A stretch of 63,923 nucleotides of DNA, the filler included, from Olpidium bornovanus S191 (lineage: Eukaryota; Fungi; Olpidiomycota), in NCBI GenBank assembly GCA_017911155.1. It is 30 parts of 30 records of this genome, joined end to end, with 100 filler letters (N's around TTAATTAATTAA, not from the genome) between each part and the next. Parts side by side here need not be neighbours in the genome. Positions count along the whole stretch, not along the records: positions 59,006 to 61,539 come from JAEFCI010007932.1; positions 61,640 to 62,705 come from JAEFCI010011377.1; positions 62,806 to 63,923 come from JAEFCI010008689.1; 27 more parts are not named here. One strand, 5' to 3'. The position numbers were made by a program, and so were the translations under genes. Below are positions 61,101 through 63,923 of the stretch, piece by piece. How positions within the stretch are numbered: position 1 is the first letter of the stretch; every line of letters starts with the position of its first letter. The notes under the pieces were generated by a model. It saw only the letters and a list, made by a program, of their open reading frames with translations. It was not told the origin of the DNA and searched no databases.

Positions 61101-62876
61101 GGGGTTGCTGGCGGCCCGGGTTCACTCGACGTCTGACCCTACGGTGGTCACCCGCGCCGCCGGCGGCTCCCTCGCTTTCCCGCGACCGCTTCCTCCTTTG
61201 CGGCGAGGAGGCGGCCGCATTTTCGACGGGCAACCTGGCCAGTCGCTTGGAACAGGGAACGGACCTGGGGGACTCACGCGCCGCCGGGTGCGACGCCCGC
61301 CTCAGTCCTAGGCGTCGCCTGCGGTGCCGGCGATGGAGCCGGGGCCGGCAGGTGCGGGCGGATCGCGCGCACGCTTCCAGGGGTTCGCAGGCACCCTGAG
61401 GGGTCTTAAGCGGCCTCAGGTCGCGGGAGGGACGGTCCAGGAGGCCCGCGCGGGCGACTTGAGCGGCAACCTGCGTCGCCGCGATCTTTTGCGAACGACG
61501 AAGAACCGTTTGGTGGCGGGCGGGAGCGAGTTTGGGGGGNNNNNNNNNNNNNNNNNNNNNNNNNNNNNNNNNNNNNNNNNNNNTTAATTAATTAANNNNN
61601 NNNNNNNNNNNNNNNNNNNNNNNNNNNNNNNNNNNNNNNAAGGTTTTCCAGGGAACTCGAAAAGCTCAGGGCGGCGGTCGAAGAGCGCGACAGGGAAGTT
61701 CTTGCGCTGAAGGCTTTGGGCTTAGGCGTCGAAACCGGCAAGAAAATCCCCGGCCACATGCCCGGACATGCTCAAAACACGGGGGTTCCGCCCGCCGTGC
61801 TGTTGAAGAGAGAGGGCTCCGGACGCAGGGGAGCCGATAGTCGACCCGAAGAGGGACCGCCGTGGCGCCAAGACTGGCAGGAGATGTGTGATTTGGCAAT
61901 GCAGCCGGAGAACCCGCCGAGGCCGGCGTTCGTTTGGACCGGAGACGCCCGCGGCGCCGGGTTGGTCGCTTCGAAAGCGCCCGAATTGTCGTGGAATTCG
62001 GAGAGGGCGATTTTTGAGCGCGACCTCTCGCTCGCAGGGGCCGAAGGCGGGGCGAGTTTGGCTACGGCCGACCCGGCGTACTCCGACGCGAGACCCATTC
62101 GGGCCGCCCGGGAGGCCGCCGACGTCCGCAATGACGAAAAACCGGAGCCGACGAATCAGAACGCTTCGGGAAGCGCATACGGGCAGTCCGGGCCCCGAGA
62201 GCGGCGGACGGGCCGGGACGCGTTTGTGAAGCCCGGGCCCTCGTCGGCCCCCGCCTCTCCGACCCTGATTGCGGACAACCGGCACCCGGGTTTCCCCGCG
62301 CCTCCCATGGGTGCGTTTGATTTCGAGAGGCCGACGTTCGAAGCGGGGTTCGCCGCCCCCGGAGACGACCGCGGCGGTCGCGGTTTCCTCTCCAGAGATC
62401 GCGTTTCAGACTCGGCGGCCTCGCGGGACGCGCGGCCGGCAAACCCCGCCGGGGACCGAAAACCGGACGGTAAAAGCGGCGGGGATTTTTTGTCGCGTGC
62501 GCGAATTCGGGGGCGCCAAATTCCTCGGAAAGCAGGAAAGCGTCCCGGGCTCGTCAGAGAGAGAGAGAGAGAGATTTTTTCGGAACGTTCCTTCCGTTTT
62601 TCGCTCTGCTAAAGTCGGGTTTTCTGTCTCGCAAAAAAAAACAAACAAAAAAAAACAGGCGACCGCGCCAAGCCGCAGGCGGAGCCGAGGCCCGAGGAGT
62701 ACATGNNNNNNNNNNNNNNNNNNNNNNNNNNNNNNNNNNNNNNNNNNNNTTAATTAATTAANNNNNNNNNNNNNNNNNNNNNNNNNNNNNNNNNNNNNNN
62801 NNNNNACGTTCCCGGGTCCGAGCAACAATGCACGGGAAACGCGTGTCCTCTTTCACCGGGGTCTCCAAGCCCCGCA

Positions 62877-63232
62877 GCGTCTCCCGGCTCGAGCCAATGT
62901 ACGAAACCCTTTTCTTTGAACTCCCCACTCCCCACCCCTGCCCTGCTCAGCAGACACGCGTGCCGACTTCTCGCTGACACGTTCTTCCGGTCGGAAAGTT
63001 CGTATTACCGCCTTCTTCGCCTCCCCCGCCGTAGATCCCGCCCTGCCGTCTCCAAGACCGGCGGCGTCTCCCGGCTCCAACCAACGTACGGAACTTTTGT
63101 TTTTAAACTCCCACTCCCCACCCCTGCCCTGCTCAGCAGTCACGCGTGCATCTTCTCGGTGACACGTACTTCCGGTCGGAAAGTTTGTATTACCGCCTTC
63201 TTCGCCTGCCCCGCCGCACCTCCCGCCCTGCC
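62877..63232 (+). repeat. Diverged ~170-bp direct repeat x2 (period ~187 bp)
   Basis: 62877-63047 and 63064-63232 share CCCACTCCCACCCCTGCCCTGCTCAGCAG, CTTCCGGTCGGAAAGTT and GTATTACCGCCTTCTTCGCCT. Confidence 0.88.
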
Positions 63233-63294
63233 ACCTGCAGACACGTGTACCGCCTCGGCGACGTGTTATTTCGACTGGGAATCCCGGGTTCTCC

Positions 63295-63512
63295 CCTTCT
63301 TCGCCCTTCACTCTTCGCCCTTCTTCTTCGCCCTTCGCCCTTCTTCGCCCTTTTCCGCCCTTCTTCGCCGTTATTCTTCGCTCTTCACCCTCGCCCTTAG
63401 TCTTCCCCCTCCTTCTTCGCCCTTCGCCCTTCTCACCCTTAGCCTTCTCGCCCTTCGCCCTTCTTCGCCCTTCTTCGCCCTTCGCCCTCGCTCTTCGCTC
63501 TTCCGACGCCCT
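63295..63512 (+). repeat. (CTT)1-2CGCC heptamer/decamer satellite
   Basis: About 220 bp of CCTTCGC / CCTTCTTCGC units. Confidence 0.85.
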
Positions 63513-63923
63513 TCTCCATTTCCCAAAATCCCGCCCCGAGCACCACCCGCATCTTCGTATCCGGAATCGAGACACACGCGTGTTGTCTCAGTGACACGTT
63601 CTTTCTATCCCGCCCCCCGTTCGCCTTTTCCAAACCTTTCATAAATGACACTGGGGGTCAACCACGTGAAGGTTACATTGCCGCTTCTGACCAATGCCCA
63701 ATCTTTGCTCATCACTAATCACTGATCAACTCCGTCTCAACTCCTTCTTTGCTGAATAGCATCAAGCAATGAAGTTGTCTTTCCCCCGGCCTACAAAGCC
63801 CTTGGTGAGCCTTTGCAAACTGTTAAAACCACTCAGTTCTTATCATCTAACGTTCACCTCTGGCCAGCTCTCACAGCCGAGGAAGTCCGAGACGGAACCG
63901 CGTATGGAGGAAGTGTCATGGGG

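Noticed and set aside
61716-62612. 298-aa plus-strand ORF
   Set aside because: May be a real low-complexity internal exon, but there is no motif or splice evidence beyond what GC content explains.
1-63923. Apparent gene neighbourhood (flagellar, trafficking and viral genes side by side)
   Set aside because: The contigs are concatenated arbitrarily; only within-contig adjacency is meaningful.

Overview
This window is not one locus. It is 30 short contigs (about 1-6 kb) joined by 29 artificial 100-bp spacers (44 N + TTAATTAATTAA + 44 N), so neighbouring contigs imply no linkage. The DNA is GC-rich, intron-dense and eukaryotic. Fungal-type genes (Whi3/Scw1-type RRM protein, GGA adaptor, M43 protease, fungal-type p150Glued C-terminus) occur together with the WAVE-complex subunit CYFIP and likely flagellar-apparatus genes (CLAMP/C1a-32-like, HEATR4-like). 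That points to a zoosporic early-diverging fungus, chytrid- or Olpidium-like (inference). Other mostly partial housekeeping genes are ISU1, class 2 DHODH, YPT1, GPATCH11, a DIPP-type Nudix hydrolase, PMI40, CCT8, a PXA sorting nexin and RSE1/SF3B3. There are also decayed Ty1/copia and probable gag remnants. Two observations stand out. (1) A complete 365-bp miniature LTR retroelement (TRIM) at 51955-52319 has a perfect 5-bp TSD, a half-tRNA-iMet-type PBS and a PPT. Each of its two ~132-bp LTRs contains a full tRNA cloverleaf followed by TTTT, like a tRNA analogue of the 5S-carrying Cassandra TRIMs. (2) An intronless, frameshifted ORF at 43251-43991 resembles the large subunit of the giant-virus (Nucleocytoviricota) early transcription factor. 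All family assignments come from motif recognition by eye; no searches were run.
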